Origin: Nageia nagi
Lineage: Eukaryota > Plantae > Pinophyta
Direction: 5' to 3'
Assembly (NCBI GenBank): GCA_050084985.1
Contig: JBITNC010000001.1
Coordinates: 98,642,001 to 98,706,000, forward strand
Length of the DNA stretch: 64,000 nt
Shown here: piece after piece, positions 25,841 to 40,654 of the stretch
How positions within the stretch are numbered: position 1 is the first letter of the stretch
Layout of the letters: each line of letters opens with the position of its first letter
The notes under the pieces: generated by a model
The model's database searches: none
What the model was told of the DNA's origin: nothing
What the model saw: the letters and a program-made list of their open reading frames with translations, nothing else
Made by a program: the position numbers and the translations under genes

Positions 25841-28800
25841 TATAACAAGTATTCCCTTAAACTCTTCCATATCCTAAAGTTACACTTGGGAACTAACCCT
25901 AACACACCTACAAACATCATAAAATCATATTTTTACCTTATAATGATATTTTATAGATATTTATGATATGTATATTATCATATTTTATCATATTGTACTT
26001 ATGATGCAATGTTTCTCATAGGTTAACTAGATCCTATTCATTTAGATGATCTCGTAGACTCATAATCATTTAGATGATCTTGATTATGATGTTTATAAAT
26101 AAGTGACATAGGCTCCATTTCTATGAATTGACACTTCATTTTCACAAGCACTTCTTGAGCTAAGCATGAATCTGAATCTTGTGACATCAATTCAAGGGTT
26201 TCAACATCAATTTTTGAGAACTCATCTTGGAGTCATTGAAATATATCATCTCCTTCCATGGTTGATTGAGGTATCTTTGTGGCTTTAGGATTATTTTATT
26301 ACAAATGAAGGGTTTCATTAATTTTTACAAGTTTTGACCATATCTTTGATCATATTTGGAAGCTTTTATCCTCCATTAATATTATATTTGTTTAATTGAG
26401 TGGCATATATGTGCCTTTAGGCTAATTCATTTAGCTAGGGTTTCAACCTAGCATTTGACCTTTAAGGTCTAAACCTTAGGGTTTGAAAATTATTTATCCT
26501 CCTTTAGCTTAAATTGTATTAAATTCATCCTTATTTAGGCTAATTATCCATAGATATTAGCATATGTTATCTATATTTGCACATAGTCATAATTGGCACA
26601 TATCTTTGAGAATTTTTCATATATCTGGTTAATATTTAGTTACATCTTGTTAAATTCACTTGGATCTAGTCATTGTCATAAGAAATTGCATATCACTTGC
26701 ACAATAAGCATGTATCTTATATTTATCATTCTTTTGGTGGAGGATAAGGAGGCCTACTCTCTTGTTTAGTTAGGGTTTCACCCTTCTTGATTTGTCATAA
26801 TGCCTTAAGGGATTGTAATTTGAGGTTCCCCATAACATTTATCTACTTTGCAAGTGCCTATATATCTTCTTATCATGTCAAGCATATAAGACATGTCTCT
26901 ACTCCTATCTTTTTCATTTTATCTCATCACATTATAGGAAAGATTAGCAATAAAGTTTAGTTTTCTTGAGATCATTCACAAGGTGTGTTGAGTGGTCTAT
27001 GGTATAAGAAAATAGGCTTTACAAAATGGTGATCATGGTGGGACCTCCTTAGTCCTAGAGTCATAAATCCAAGAGGAGTTTTCTAGCTTCTTATCATTAA
27101 TTTTATGATTTACTACTTTGGATATTTCCCATATTTTAGCTAGTTCTAGGGCCTCATTTTGTGTAAAATTTGCAGGAAACCTTATTGGGCAAGAAGATAA
27201 TAGGATCTAAAAAAATTCAAAGCTTCAAATACACTCCAAATTAAATCATATCTTATACAAGCAATCATGATTACAAATCATCCCCTTGTTAGACAATTTT
27301 GTAGGTCATTCAAACGATTATGAAGTCACCCTGTAGTTAGATGATTTTGATTGATTTTATATTGTAGTTAATTTGAGCAAATTTTAAGCATTTTTGTGTA
27401 GTTTGAAGTTTAGGTAACTGAAGTCCTCTTTAGGTTATATCTTTACAATTTTGGTGTCCTTGTAATAGGACTTGTTAGTTATCATTATCACAAGATCATT
27501 TATTTTTCATTAATTTAAATTTCTCTATGTACACATATGGTCATCTAGAGGACTTTTGATTATCTAGACAAATGGAACTATCTTTCACGATCATCTTTGT
27601 AGTGGACTATTTTGAAATAGAGACTTGTAACCTCAACTGCATTACATAACCTTCGAGAAAGTGAGAACGTTCTTATCTAAGTAAGTGTTTGTATCTCTTC
27701 TAGCACCTAGTCAATATTGTTCAATTGCTCCTTGCATATTAGGATTGTGTTGAATTTATAAAATTTTACATTCATTTAGAGGGAAGTGTTTGCATATACA
27801 TGAAAACTAATTTGATATAAAATTAAATATTAAGGAAGGATTTCCCTTGCTATTTGGAATTATTTGTTGATTATTATTTTCATTCAAAAGTGATAACTTG
27901 CATTATTTTGATTTTGAAAATAAGAAAAGAGTAAAATATCATCCTAAGGTGGGAGTGCTTGATATCTACTTGAAAGGGTTAAATTACATTTTGCATTCAT
28001 CATAGTGTTGCATTGTCATATTTTTTTATTGCATTTAGTCTAATTCACACTCTTAGGCTTCTATTGGGTACATAAACCTTATTCCCATGGCCTAACCTAT
28101 ACTCGTATTTCATCACCAAAGTGTAAGCCCTCCCTATTCATGGTATAAGTTCATATACGGGGTACCTATGACACCCTTGTAAAATTATTTGCACCCCTAG
28201 AGATTGATCCTTACCTTGTAAATACTTGACTAACATCATTATCTAGGGAAACTAAAAATATATATCTCAAAATTTACAATTACATTAAAATCAACTCTTA
28301 CTAAAAATATAAAGTGTAAAATTGAACAAAGAAGCAAATAAATAAGTAATCAAGAACTGTTATCTCTCACTATTATTATCTTTATCATATAGACTTTTAT
28401 ATTTTGAAAAGAGCATATCATATAAGTTGGATGAATTACATTGCATACATTAATAAGATTTTAAACAAAATGTAGGCTTGTTGTTGTTTGCTTTTATTAC
28501 TTAGCATTATTATGATCTTGCATCTTTACTTATTTGTTTAAATTCATATATTTGAACTATCCTATCCTACCTACACTACACACACACCATGGATGAAAAT
28601 CCTTAGTCGATACACATGGTAGAGACTATGGAACAACATAGAGTGAGAGAGTTCAAGGAAGAGGAACAACATAATAATACAAATCTAACACATCTTCTTC
28701 CTAGATTGCAATCGATACAAAACCAGTTACTATAAAAAATATCACTTTACTCATCCAACACACATTCAATTCCTCCAACTTCACCCCACCTTTTGTTTAG

Positions 28801-28900
28801 ACAAAACGTACAATAGTTTTCAAATGTCTATCTAAATTCTACCTCAAAAACTAGACATAATTTTTTTTTACTAAGTTAACACCTTAATAATTACATAATA
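25841..28900 (+). mobile_element. Ogre/Tat-like LTR (~25841-27023) with tRNA-Arg PBS and decayed 5' internal region
   Basis: LTR-like end GGCTTTACA at 27023, then TGGTGATCATGGTGGGAC (27027-27044), a deaminated TGGCGACCAC(A/G)GTGGGA complementary to tRNA-Arg(UCG). Left boundary placed where the PPR reading stops (TATAACA ~ TGTAACA); outer boundaries approximate. Confidence 0.6.
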
Positions 28901-28939
28901 TGTTTTGCATTCCATGTTTGAATTTTTAATAGTCATTTT

Positions 28940-30692
28940 AGACAACCCTCAAGTGGATGGAAATTATCAATTTCCATTTCACCCAAGTCATGTGATAGCT
29001 AATTTTGATAATGCATCTACCATGCACTTGCTTTAACTTAGCACCCGTGTTTCAAACATATCCCATATTTGAACCGCTTATATCAACTGTGACCTTTGGG
29101 TTCTTCTTAGGGCCCATGCACCTAAGAAAGAGCATGCTTTTCCCATCACTTCATGCTATCCCATGATAGTGATATATTAGCACATGTCATATGGATCGAG
29201 TTCTTATCACCTCCTATGATCGAACTCAATGAATTTCACTACCTTGAAATTAACTGATACACCCTTACCTACCCATAATACTTGTAAGGGACCACCACTT
29301 AACATGTAGTAACTACTTGACCATAACTCTTGCAATTACTACCTTTATCAATTGATAACCTACCCGTTATCTTTTGAATAGATGTTAAACTCTAGAGGTA
29401 GAACTAACTTATCATTTTCTAGTTTGTTTTTCCTTAAGTACTTAATAGTTAATTTTGAAACAATTCAATTCTAACATAAATCCTTTCGTCACTTAAGCAT
29501 GCTTAGTTTATAACTATGTCTTCTTGTATTAGCATTTGGTTGGTTGAATAGGTCTAAGTTCTAAACTTGATTTAGTTTGTAATTATTGCAAAAAAATAAA
29601 CGAGAAAATTATAATAACAAAGTTCACTAATTGCTATCTAAAATTGAGATTTAATTACATGCATTGTACTTTCATGCAGTAAGAACTAAATCACAAAATG
29701 CCCAAGTAAAAATACTCTTTTACAACATACCATTCATGCTAAATTACTAAACTATTCTTTGTAATATAGTCAATCTCATATTCATAATGATTACAATATG
29801 GATATCTCTTTGCTTGAGATTTAAATACAATGTTACAACTCAAGTTTATAATTCATAATCTCCTATTTTCTCCATCTCACAAGTCATGAACCACCAAGGT
29901 ATTCCTACTTCGAAGTGAACCACTTGCTAAATGCTTAATAGGATTAGAGACAACACTTGTATGTCTTTCACTAAGGTAACATGCAATGTTTTTAAATGGT
30001 ATTTATTTTTGTACTTATTCATGCTAACTAAATGAATAATCATGCTCAACATCTTTTGGAAATAAGCACATGCTTCTACTTTCCAAACTTATCCTCTTAT
30101 CATGTAAGGATTAAATATGAAATGCACTACTTAATTCTTTTTTAAATGATCACAACATTCATTCATGAACTAATGTCCCAAATTTCCAATTTCCTTAGGC
30201 ATAAGTAAATGGAAAAATAATAAGTAGTTATCTATTAATTCAAGAAAATAAATGTAATATTTATTACTTACACTACACATTGAAATAACAATACTTTATT
30301 ATTTCAGTCCTTTAAATTAATAAATTTACATCTAAAAAACAATACATTATTTTTTTTATATTTCTAAACTTCCCTTTTTGAACTATAAAAATATTAATAT
30401 TTTAACAACTTAAAATATTAATAAATATTATAATACATTTTTTTTAATATTAAACATATAAATTTGAACCAAATCTAAATATTTAATATTATATTATATT
30501 TTTTTAATTATTAAATATTTAAAACTAACCAATTAAATATTTGAATCTATATATATTTTTTAATTTTAAAATGATAGGGGGTGGGCCCTAAAGCCTCACC
30601 CCCGCCCAATGTTTACATCACGCCTCTAATGGGTTGGTTTCCGAGGCAAAGCTTGTGATGCGCCCTGACCCTCCACATTTAGCCTCAACAAG

Positions 30693-30727
<35 letters not shown>

Positions 30728-33700
30728 TAGCATATATTAAATTTAAAAAATGATAGTATTTAAAAACTAAGGTATAATGTATTGGTTTATGTTTATAATA
30801 TAAAAAGGTATACGTTTATATTATAAACCAGATTTTCAAAACTATCCATAAACTTGGAAAGTGAACATGTATAGGTATACAAATTGATGTTAAACCTTGA
30901 TTTTAGAGAGCATTATCCAAAATTTTAATGGTCCATTTCCAAATTTAGAACATGGGTTTTGTTCATATTTTCAAGCTCTTTCCAAAGAGCTCTTGGAACT
31001 AAAATTTGAACTATGGTTTCTAGATTTATTTCTTGCTAATTTCTTGCTAAAAAAAACTTATTTTCACTATATTTTCCTATAATTAAAAGCCCAATTTTTT
31101 TGTAAATTTCTTCTACAATTTGGTTTGGAAAAAGAACTAATAATACCCAAGTTTAAATTCGAAATTAACATCGTATTTCATCGAACAAACCCATATTTTA
31201 ATATTTTTCTTTCTTATTTAAGATTCAACAAAGAAGTAGAAAACTTGCAAACAATTAATCATTCCTATTTCCATATTTCTACATGCAAAACAAGAATAAC
31301 AAAGCAAAACCAAACTTCGTGTAAGGTAAACAATAATGGAGAAAACTTGATTTCAAAATGCACAGATTTTCCAAATATGCAGAATAAACTATGTTCCAAA
31401 TTCCTCTTCTTCATCCAAGAACCAAGTAAATTGAAGCATGCCAAAAACTATCATAAATAGGAGCAATAGAGAGCCATGAATAGTTAGTCAACTTCCTTGA
31501 GGAAGTTTCCTCCCAAAACTTCTTGGAAGTTTTCTCTATAGGAGCAACAAACCCTAAAATACAAAATAATGAAAACTAACTATTTTATTTTGTTTTATTT
31601 TACATAGCACTCACAATTATTTTTGAAAATAGCTTTTTATTTAAAAATACATTATTATTCTAATGAAATATCACTAGATACTTAGTATGCATTTTTATAT
31701 TTTAAATGCATTAGTCTTAAATAATGAATGCAAAATTACTTAATCAAATCATATACTAACTTGGCACTTTTCTTTTTCCTAAAAATGCTTTGTAAATGCA
31801 ATGCATTCTTATTTCGTAAATACTTATAACTCCTCATTCTATTTTATTTTGCAAGTATGAAGTTGAGGAACTAGGCTAATCAATCATTAATTCCAAATCA
31901 ACAGTAACTCAAAAAGCCAAAATAAATTCATTAACAACTTCAAAATACAAATAATAAATAAACATACAACACAAGGGAATGACCACACATGAAACTCATG
32001 CAACCTAAGTGAAATTTCCTCCCTTGTGGGCTGCTAGTGTCCAATCATCTCCTTACAAATAGTAAAATGGTTCACTTGTAGGATAATAACTTCCTATATC
32101 ACATGAAACCATAATATTATCAAACTCTTTTATATAAACATGAAGATAATAACATATAAAATAACACATGATTTCAATTATTCTAATGCAAGTATGCCAA
32201 AACTCCATACTCCATGCTCAATAATCAAAACATGCAAAAGTGCAAAAAGGGAGGATCATGATATCCTTCCCCTCTCAAGAAGAACAAAGTCCTTTGTATT
32301 CTCATTATTCAAAAAAAGTAAGTACACGTAATATCAAAATAAATATGAAAATTATTCTTTCATAACATCAACATCTTCCTATGTTACAGAAGATTTAGAG
32401 TATTAATCCTACTGGACTTGGCATTCCTTTATTTACCTATTTCTTAGCTTCTTAATTCTAACAATAAGAACTCTCATAGGAAGCATCTCAATGGCCACCT
32501 GATCTGCCATCTACAAGTTAGTAAAATCCAAAAAATGTGAAGGATCATAAACATATTTCCTAAGCAAAGATATGTGAATGGCATCATGAATATTTTATAT
32601 TGTGTGTGGTAGGACAAGCTTATAGGCAACTGGACTTATCTTTCCTATAAGTTCAAAAGGCCCTACAAATCATGGATCCAATTTAGTAGACTTTATGGCA
32701 CTTTTCATAGGTCAAACCTATAAGAATACTTTATCTTCCATAAAAAACTATCATGGAGTTCTTTTCAAGTCAACATAACTCTTTTGATGATCGAATGCTT
32801 CCTTAAGTCTTTTTCGAATCATTTTGAGTTTTTCCTCCATTTTCTTTAGATGATATGATCGAATCACTACTCAATCTTTTGGATTACCCCACAATAATGG
32901 ATTCCTATGCTTACTTCCATATAGCATCTTGAAAGTTTCATTTATAAGGATGAGTGATAGGAGTTATTCTAAACGAACTCAACCAAGTATAAGTAGTCTT
33001 CCCATTTTATTTTCTGGTCCATACAATAAATTAGTAACATGCCTTCAAGGATCCTTTTAACTTATTCAATTAGACCATCCATTCGGGGATGATAGGCTAA
33101 ACTCGTATTTAGCTTAGTTCCTACCACTTGGTGCAAAGTTCTCCAAAACTGAGAAGTGAACTTATGACCCTTTTTAGAAACTATTACTCAAGAAACCCAT
33201 GTAAGCAAACAACCTCCCTAATAAATTTATGTGCAACTATTGGAGCATCATTCATGGTATTTCTAAGAATTAAGTAAGCCACTTTAGTAAGATAATCAAC
33301 TATGACAGAGATGGCATCATGATGAAATCTCATTTTAGGAAAACTGACAATGAAATCCATTTACATCATTAGCCATTTTTATGTAGGAATATCATGTGGA
33401 TACGAAAATCCACTTGGATGTTGATGCTTTTCTTTAACCTTTTAACATTCCAAGCCTTTAGTTATAAACTCATTGACATCCCTCTTCATTCAACACCAAT
33501 AAAAAGTCCTTTTTAGATTTTATCTCATATTTGCACCATTAGGATGAGCAAAAAGAGGTAATTGATGTGCTTCCCACAAGGTTATTTTTGAAGACCACCA
33601 GTATTTGGGATAACAATCTTTCCCTTAAAGCATAAAAATTCATCCTTATACTCAAAATATTTCATCGAAGGATCAAAGTTTTCCAATTTATCATCAATAA

Positions 33701-36290
33701 GGATCATTATTTGAGACTCCTTCACCTAATCTAACAAGTCAAAGTGACTTTTAGTCATAGCCATAAGATGTTTGTGTCTACTTAAAGCATCTATAACCTT
33801 GTTTTCATGATCCTTAATATACTTTATTATCCCAAAGTCATATTAAATGAAGAACTCCATCTTCTTTAATGTGCATTAAGATCATTATGGTTGAAAATAT
33901 ACTTTAAACTCTAATGATCTGATTTTAACTCAAAAGGTTTTCCTAACAAATAATGTCTCCAAACCTTAAGCGTATGAATAATTATAGACAATTCGATATC
34001 ATGCATAACATAATTCATCTCATGAATCCTTAATTTTCGAGACCCAAATACTATAGGTCTATCATTTTGAGATAAGACACCTCATAATCCAAGTAAAGAA
34101 GCATCATTACATATTGTGAAATCTTCAAAAGGATTTGGTATAACAAGTATTGGAGCAATTGTAAGTTTTTCCTTAAGAATTTCAATTTTTTTTGCATTTT
34201 TTTGTCCACTTAAATGCTTGATTATTCTTTTGTAGAATTGTATTAGGATTTGCTACTTTAGAAAAATCATTTACAAAATGTTGATAATATCCTGCAAGAT
34301 CCATAAAACTTCTTACTTATATCACGTTGGTTGGAACAAGCCAACTCATGATGGATTCAATCTTTTTGGGATCTATGGACACACCTTTTGCTAAAATTAT
34401 ATGTCCAAGATATTGAACTTGAGGTACATAAAACTCACACTTGGAAAGTTTTCTAAAAAGTTAGTGTTTTCTCAGTACTTCTAATACTTTCCTAAGATGA
34501 TAGTCATGTTCATCCTTATTCCTCGAGTAACTTAATATATAATTTATGAACACCAAAATAAATTTATCCAAGTACTCACAATAAATATTATTCGTGAGAT
34601 TCATGAACGCAAAAAGCGAATTGGTTAATCTAAAAGGAAGCACTATGAACTCATAATGACCATATCTAGTTTTAAAAGTCATTTTGTGCGTATCTGAACT
34701 TTTGATCCTTGATTAATGGTAACCAAATCTTAAGATAATTTTTGAGAATATGGAAACATATTTAAGTTGGTTGAACAAATCATCGATTCTTAGTAAAAGA
34801 TACCTATTTTTATTGTGATTTTATTCAACATTCGATAATCTATGCATAACCTCATATATTCATCTTTCTTTTTAATAAAAAGGACAAGAGCTCCCCAAGG
34901 TGACACACTTGGCTTAATTAGACCCTTTTCCAATAAGTCATGAAGTTGTACCTTCAATTCGTGCATTTCGTTTGTATTCATCCTATAAGAAGTTTTTGAA
35001 ATAGGTTCAACAATAAGGATTAAATCGATTGAAAAATCAAATTCTCTTTTCAAAGGTAATCTAGGCAAATCGTTAGGAAAAACATCCTTAAATTCTTGTA
35101 AAAGAAGGTATTATTGAAAGATTTTCTCTTCAGAGTTATCTTTTTCTACTTCTTTAACTTTTATTACGTAGATCAACTCACCCTTTTGAATTATTCTTTT
35201 TAATTGCATTAAAGAAAGAAGATAGGGTTTGACGTTACTTTTATCATAATAGATCCTTTGCCTTTGAATATTGAGATCAAAAAACTCGATCCACCTTTCA
35301 TGATACTCAATCAAAGCTTTGTGGGCATGGAACCAATCCACTCGTAGAATGACATTAAAGGAATGTAGAGGTGCTATGTAAAGATCCCATTCTACAATTC
35401 CTTTAGGTAGCTTAATTTCAACATTTTTAAGATATTGGTTTACCAAACAAGTTTACCTAGAGCCATACTCGACTAACCACCCTTTTGTTAAATTTTTTGG
35501 TGCTTTTAGAATATCTCAAATAATTAAAGAAGAAACAAAGTTTTTGTTGCGCCACTATCAACAAGAATTTTAAACTTTTTATTGAACATTATACCTGAGA
35601 TCTGCATAGGAGTTGCTTGATCATTCAAATTAGCTTTTTTGGTTGTTGCAAGAATCCTATGTTCAACCAAATTCTTCTTTTCTGGATACTTGTTCGCAAA
35701 ATGATTAGGTTCGCTACAAACCCAACAAACTCCTTTCTTTGGCTCTTGAGACTTATTTTGGTATTCATCCCTTTGAGTGTCATTTCTTTTTTCTTTAAAG
35801 TTTTTATTTTTTCGTTGACCTTGATTTTTCATTTTTTTGAGGATTCTTCTTTTTATTGCTGCCATTCTATTATTGTTATTCTTATTTTATGGTTGATTCT
35901 GATTTTGTTGATAATTATTTCCCTTCAACCTGTAATTACTTTGATGCTGATGATATTTTTCCCATTTTAGATATCCTTTGTTGTTCATATTTCTCATTTA
36001 TTATTTTTCATCTTCATTCATAATACTATAATTCATGAAAGATCTTTTGGCTTCTAAATTACTTTCTACATGGCATGTTAGATCATAAGTTTTTTCTAGA
36101 GTTTGTAGCTTATGCATGTTAACTATTGTTTTGATTATAACATCTAACCCCAAAATGAATCTATGAACCTTCAAGTCATTTTTATCCTTAGGTACATATT
36201 TTAGGAATTTAACAAATTTCTGATGGTATTGTTCCACTGATAAATTTCCTTGTTGAAGGGTGTAGAATTCATCATACTTTTTTGAGTAAA
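28940..36290 (-). mobile_element. Decayed Tekay/Del chromoviral Ty3/gypsy, 5'-truncated, with long 3' LTR
   Basis: gag (CWVCSEPNHFANKYP), PR (ILVDSGAT), RT ([24 protein letters not shown]; FKTRYGHYEF), RH, INT, chromodomain ~32330-32500; PPT 32264-32276; LTR right edge 32263, left edge uncertain. Confidence 0.88.
30696..30723. repeat. (TA)14 microsatellite
   Basis: Direct reading. Confidence 0.95.
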
Positions 36291-36299
36291 ATTATTAAC

Positions 36300-36386
36300 A
36301 AATCATAATAGATAAAGAGATAAATTAAGTTTGACTTGTATGATTTATTAAGAAATAAGATTTTATCTCTTTATCCATTATGATTT
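36300..36386. repeat. Short inverted repeat (25-bp arms, 1 mismatch)
   Basis: AAATCATAATAGATAAAGAGATAAA ... TTTATCTCTTTATCCATTATGATTT. Confidence 0.85.
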
Positions 36387-37300
36387 TATTTTTCATACTT
36401 CAATTTCCCTATGTACAAAATTCATTTTTGTTACTTAAATTATTATAAGATTTATATAAATGCTCTAATATTTATCTTCTGCTTAAATTTTAGAGAGAAA
36501 ACCATAACCTTGTTGGTTTGACACTTCATTTGAGATACTTGATTTATAAATATCTAATTGAGTTGATGCACTTTATCTTACATTTTTGTAATATGCCATT
36601 ATATGATATTTTGTATTATTAAATGTAGTTTTGGCTTTGTTACTGACTTGAATGGACCAAAGGAGTTTTCATTCTTCTATTGTAAATTGCATGCAATCAA
36701 AATATGATAAATGATCAATTTATGTTAGTGAAGTGGAAGAGAAAGTAACATGTTGAAAAGAAAGACCTAAATTCTAAACTCTCCCACTTTACATGTTGAT
36801 GATATACTCTAAATTCAATTGAAAATTTGTTACTTGCATAATATAAATCACAAATAACTTTTATAAAAAAAACCCTAAATACAAAATCTAATTCCAAAAT
36901 ATAATCAAACAAAAAAATACAAATACTTAAAAGAGCTCATGTGTAATTCAAATGATATCCTTGTATATAAAACATATACACCATGTAAAACAACCATTTG
37001 AAAAATTACTTATTTTTGAAAAAAAATGAAACCTATGATCTTGGAACTTGTCCAACTTAAAGAAAGAGCTAAGTTGATAATATATTGAGAGTTAAGTGGA
37101 TCTTTAAATAATTGATCTCCTAAGAATCAAAGCTTTGTTCAGCAATGTCATAAGAATAATTTGCTCTCGAATCGGTACACAATATAAATTGCGGCTCGAA
37201 GTACAATGAACATCAACTTTAAGGAAGTTCGCCTTGGGGATATGTGGTGGACCTGCTGAATCGCAGATACTGAAAGTCTCCATTCAATGGTTCGTTGGTC

Positions 37301-37476
37301 ATGGCAAGCTGCCACCAAATTCATTTCAACAGCCGTGGATTCTTTTGCAAGCGGATGCCATTCCTCTCCCACAACATCAACCAGAAAACTTCCCTCGAGG
37401 GAAACTCCCATGTTCACCTGCTCAGCATTTACAAGTCCACCATTTGCTCCTCCTCTTCACAAGGACAGTCACCAAG
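37301..37476 (+). CDS. PTST3: Exon 1 of PTST3-like gene (plastid transit-peptide-like N-terminus)
   Basis: MASCHQIHFNSRGFF...ICSSSSQGQSP(R), Ser-rich; donor AG|GTAACT at 37477, phase 2, joins exon 2 in frame; CpG-retaining region. Confidence 0.75.
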
Positions 37477-40299
37477 GTAACTGTAATTGTAATGTATATA
37501 CACTCTTATTGGAAGGAAATGTTAGCTAAGTTCATGTATGCGATGTGTGGAGTTGGAGGAAACATATTGGTTGATTAGCAATGTTGTAGCAGTAGAAACA
37601 ATAGATGTGGCTTATTATTTTTTATTATTATGTTACTTCTTGGTATGAGGACATGTTTTGTTGTATTTTTCAGCCAATTTAACCCTACCCAGTTTAGAAA
37701 ATGTTATGGTGGTTACCAAGTTCGACACTTAGAGAGTTTTCCCTGTATCAGTAAAAAATGTTCTTGAAAGGTACCCATATGTGCTTGTTATTCTGATGAT
37801 TTGTTTAGTGACATTATTGAGAGTTGTTAATTCTCGAGGAGAGTTCCTATAAGGGTGGATAGTTGCTGGTTTAGATGGTATTGGATTCGGATTGACGGCA
37901 GTTAAAGAAGTCTCTGTTGGCCTTCGGGATACGGTCTTGAATGGGTAGCTAGCAGTCTTGAAGTTGTTATTCCTGTCACTGGAATGCATAATTGTTTCTG
38001 AAGTTTGTTTACCATGTTAGAGGGAACACCGTTTCTTTCGAACGACTTTTCAATCACCGCCATTCATTACTGGCTATCCGGGCCTGCATGAGTAGTTTAA
38101 AGAAAGTAAGCTGTTGGCAGGTGATGGGATCCAAAAACGTCTTTCATAATGGAAAATACCCTTTCCTCTTTTTCCAGCGGGCTGGGGAACACTCTCTGTT
38201 CTAACCTTTAACTCTCCATATAATTTGTAAACTTGCTATTTGTATTTGGATCACTTATTTGCCCCTGCATGCACACATAAGTAACGGTAGAGGCAGGAGT
38301 TTTGTGTGTGGGCTTAATTCTTCCCCTTTGAAAAGCTTTTCATTTCTATACATACGGAGGAGTGTAGCTGAAATGATGTACTGATAAAAGCGCAGCAGTA
38401 GAACAACAAAGGTTGCATAGAAGGAAATCAATATTCAGGGCATCAGAAGTCATGAGGTGATTCTCCCATTCCTAGGACTAGAATTCAATTACCTATCATC
38501 TTACTGATGACTTTGAACCTGATGTTGAGGTAGGCCTTTCTTAAAAGTCGAAACAGAGTTGTCTGCCAATTTATACCGTGACAGTCTATTGGAAGACATA
38601 TGGCATAAATGCGATCTCCTAAATACAAGGCTCACATTTGATCAAAGAACTAAACTCAAGAAGATTTTTATGGTCTTAAAAGTAATTCAGCTTTAAATAA
38701 TTATTTTGAAGAACTACATGCTTCTCATTATGGACATAATGCATATACCTTTTAGACAGTGTGCAGCAGCTTATCGCTTATCTGGCGAATAAGGTAGGTA
38801 ACAAAGTAATGGGTAAATAATGTCTTAACTTACTTGATGAATTTGGTAACTATTGTCTTTGGTTAAGTTTTGTTTTTCTTTTTCTCTTGGTTTGATGTTG
38901 TAGCGTCAATGGCAGTATTAAAGTAAAAGAGGGAAGAACACTGTTGAACTTTGTCCGACATTGATACCATGAGATGAAGCTAGGGGAGCAAAAAAGGCTA
39001 GATACCTGACAGGTCAATTATCCTGATGACAAACAAGGGATACCTGACTCTAATCATATCAATCTCTAATGTACTTTAGCTAAATGTATTCTCTATCCTT
39101 TTTAGGGGGTACTTCTACAAGAATGCAAGGATTATACGGCATCCTGAGGGTATGCCTTTCATTTTGATGGAAGAAGAACAGACCTGTATCCTATGCACAA
39201 AGAAGTGTGGAATTTGTTTGGTTTGATAATGATTTATCATTTTATGGATATTCACTTTGATTTTACAATGAGAATTCTGAATAATACTAATTGATTTTCA
39301 AGAGTAAAGGAACTAAGTAGACAACTGTGAAATGGAGTCCAATTTAAGATTAATGGGAGCAAATTTCAGTAAACAATGGCAGCCACAATGGTCTCCTGCC
39401 TGTGGTACACTATGCTCAGTCATGGTCTGCAATAGCAACAACAACAATGGCAAGTTTTTTTTTCACAGGCTACACCTCTTCACTTCAACAGTCAGTTCTG
39501 ATGTGCGAGGTCTTCTGCACTGTATGTGCACGGCTGAGCATTGGATGCTCATCTTCTTATTGGATCTTCGCAAGAATAAATCTTCTACAAGCTTATTGGC
39601 AGCAAGAGAAGGATTTCCTACAAACTTTCTTTGATACCATGAAAAATTGGAATAAGAGATTTGCTTTATTACATTCCTTAATCAAGTATTAATATGAGAG
39701 AACCTAAAAATAGAAAAGGATTCCTAAAAATAATATATATACTATAAACCACTAATATATGATTAACCACTAATCTATAATTAACCACTAATGTATTATA
39801 AGGCCTATATAGTAAAAAACATTACGCTTGTGGATTAGAGAATGCACTATAGTGGGTATCTGTTTTTATCCTTCTTTTTAGTTGGAAGGGAAGACCTACA
39901 TTGACTTGTAATCCATTTGCCTCTTCCATGCCTAGGGGATTATCACATTCTTCTTCTAGAACCCAACCAACTGTAAACTACTTTATAAGCTTGATTGGAT
40001 TTTAATTTCAATTGAATTGCACAACACATATGTGTACCATGTAATAATGGTGTGAATGTTTGCAAATGCACCTCCTCCCCAACTTTTGATACAATGACGT
40101 TGTTGTTTTTACTAAAGATAAACCCCCTTAAGATATTTTTCTGGTTAGGGGACAAAGAATTCCCTTTCTAAGATACATATTCATTACTAATCTTCTACTG
40201 TAGTTCTTTTGAATCTATAGATCTTATATATTTTAGGAACCCTACCTACAACATAAATATTTGACAGAAGTTTAATAATTAATCTATTTTTTAATTTTA

Positions 40300-40654
40300 T
40301 TTCAGAGATAATTATTTTAGGTGGTCTGATAACATCATGTCCAAAACTGTAGCATAAAGCTTGGCAAAGGTATGCCCAATCATAATGGTCTTTTAATTAT
40401 TCGGTTCAGAAAAATCTCCTGCCTTGTGGATGGGATGTATAATGTGTTGTTACCAAGAAGGGGAAAATCCCGAACACATGACCTAATTAAATAAGTCAGC
40501 AATCGGGGAGGTGAGTAGGTCACCGCCATATTTCAGAAACTCAGCCTGTAGGCTATCACAATCAGTTGCCGTACTAGAACAAAGTTTTCGAATGGCTCTT
40601 GAACATCTTTTGTGCAGAATTACTGGCACGAAAGGGGGGTTGAAATGTGTGGAG
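40300..40654 (-). mobile_element. LINE reverse-transcriptase remnant (continues 48591-48641 and from 55735)
   Basis: RAIRKLCSSTATDCDSLQAEFLKYGGDLLTSPIADLFN..HIIHPIHKAGDFSEPNN..IMIGHTFAKLYA, the non-LTR RT subdomains 0-2. Confidence 0.8.

Noticed and set aside
37234-37578. 114-aa and 80-aa ORFs as the gene's first coding exon
   Set aside because: Only the frame starting at ATG 37301 splices in frame to the PTST3 exon
38750-39150. Small exon-like segments with AG/GT borders inside intron 1
   Set aside because: Contain stops or give no recognisable protein; exon 1 and exon 2 already join in frame
39330-39830. Small minus-strand LTR element (PBS-like TGGTATCAAAG at ~39629-39639, 18-bp repeats at ~39745-39800)
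   Set aside because: No second LTR, TSD or coding motif found; too weak to call
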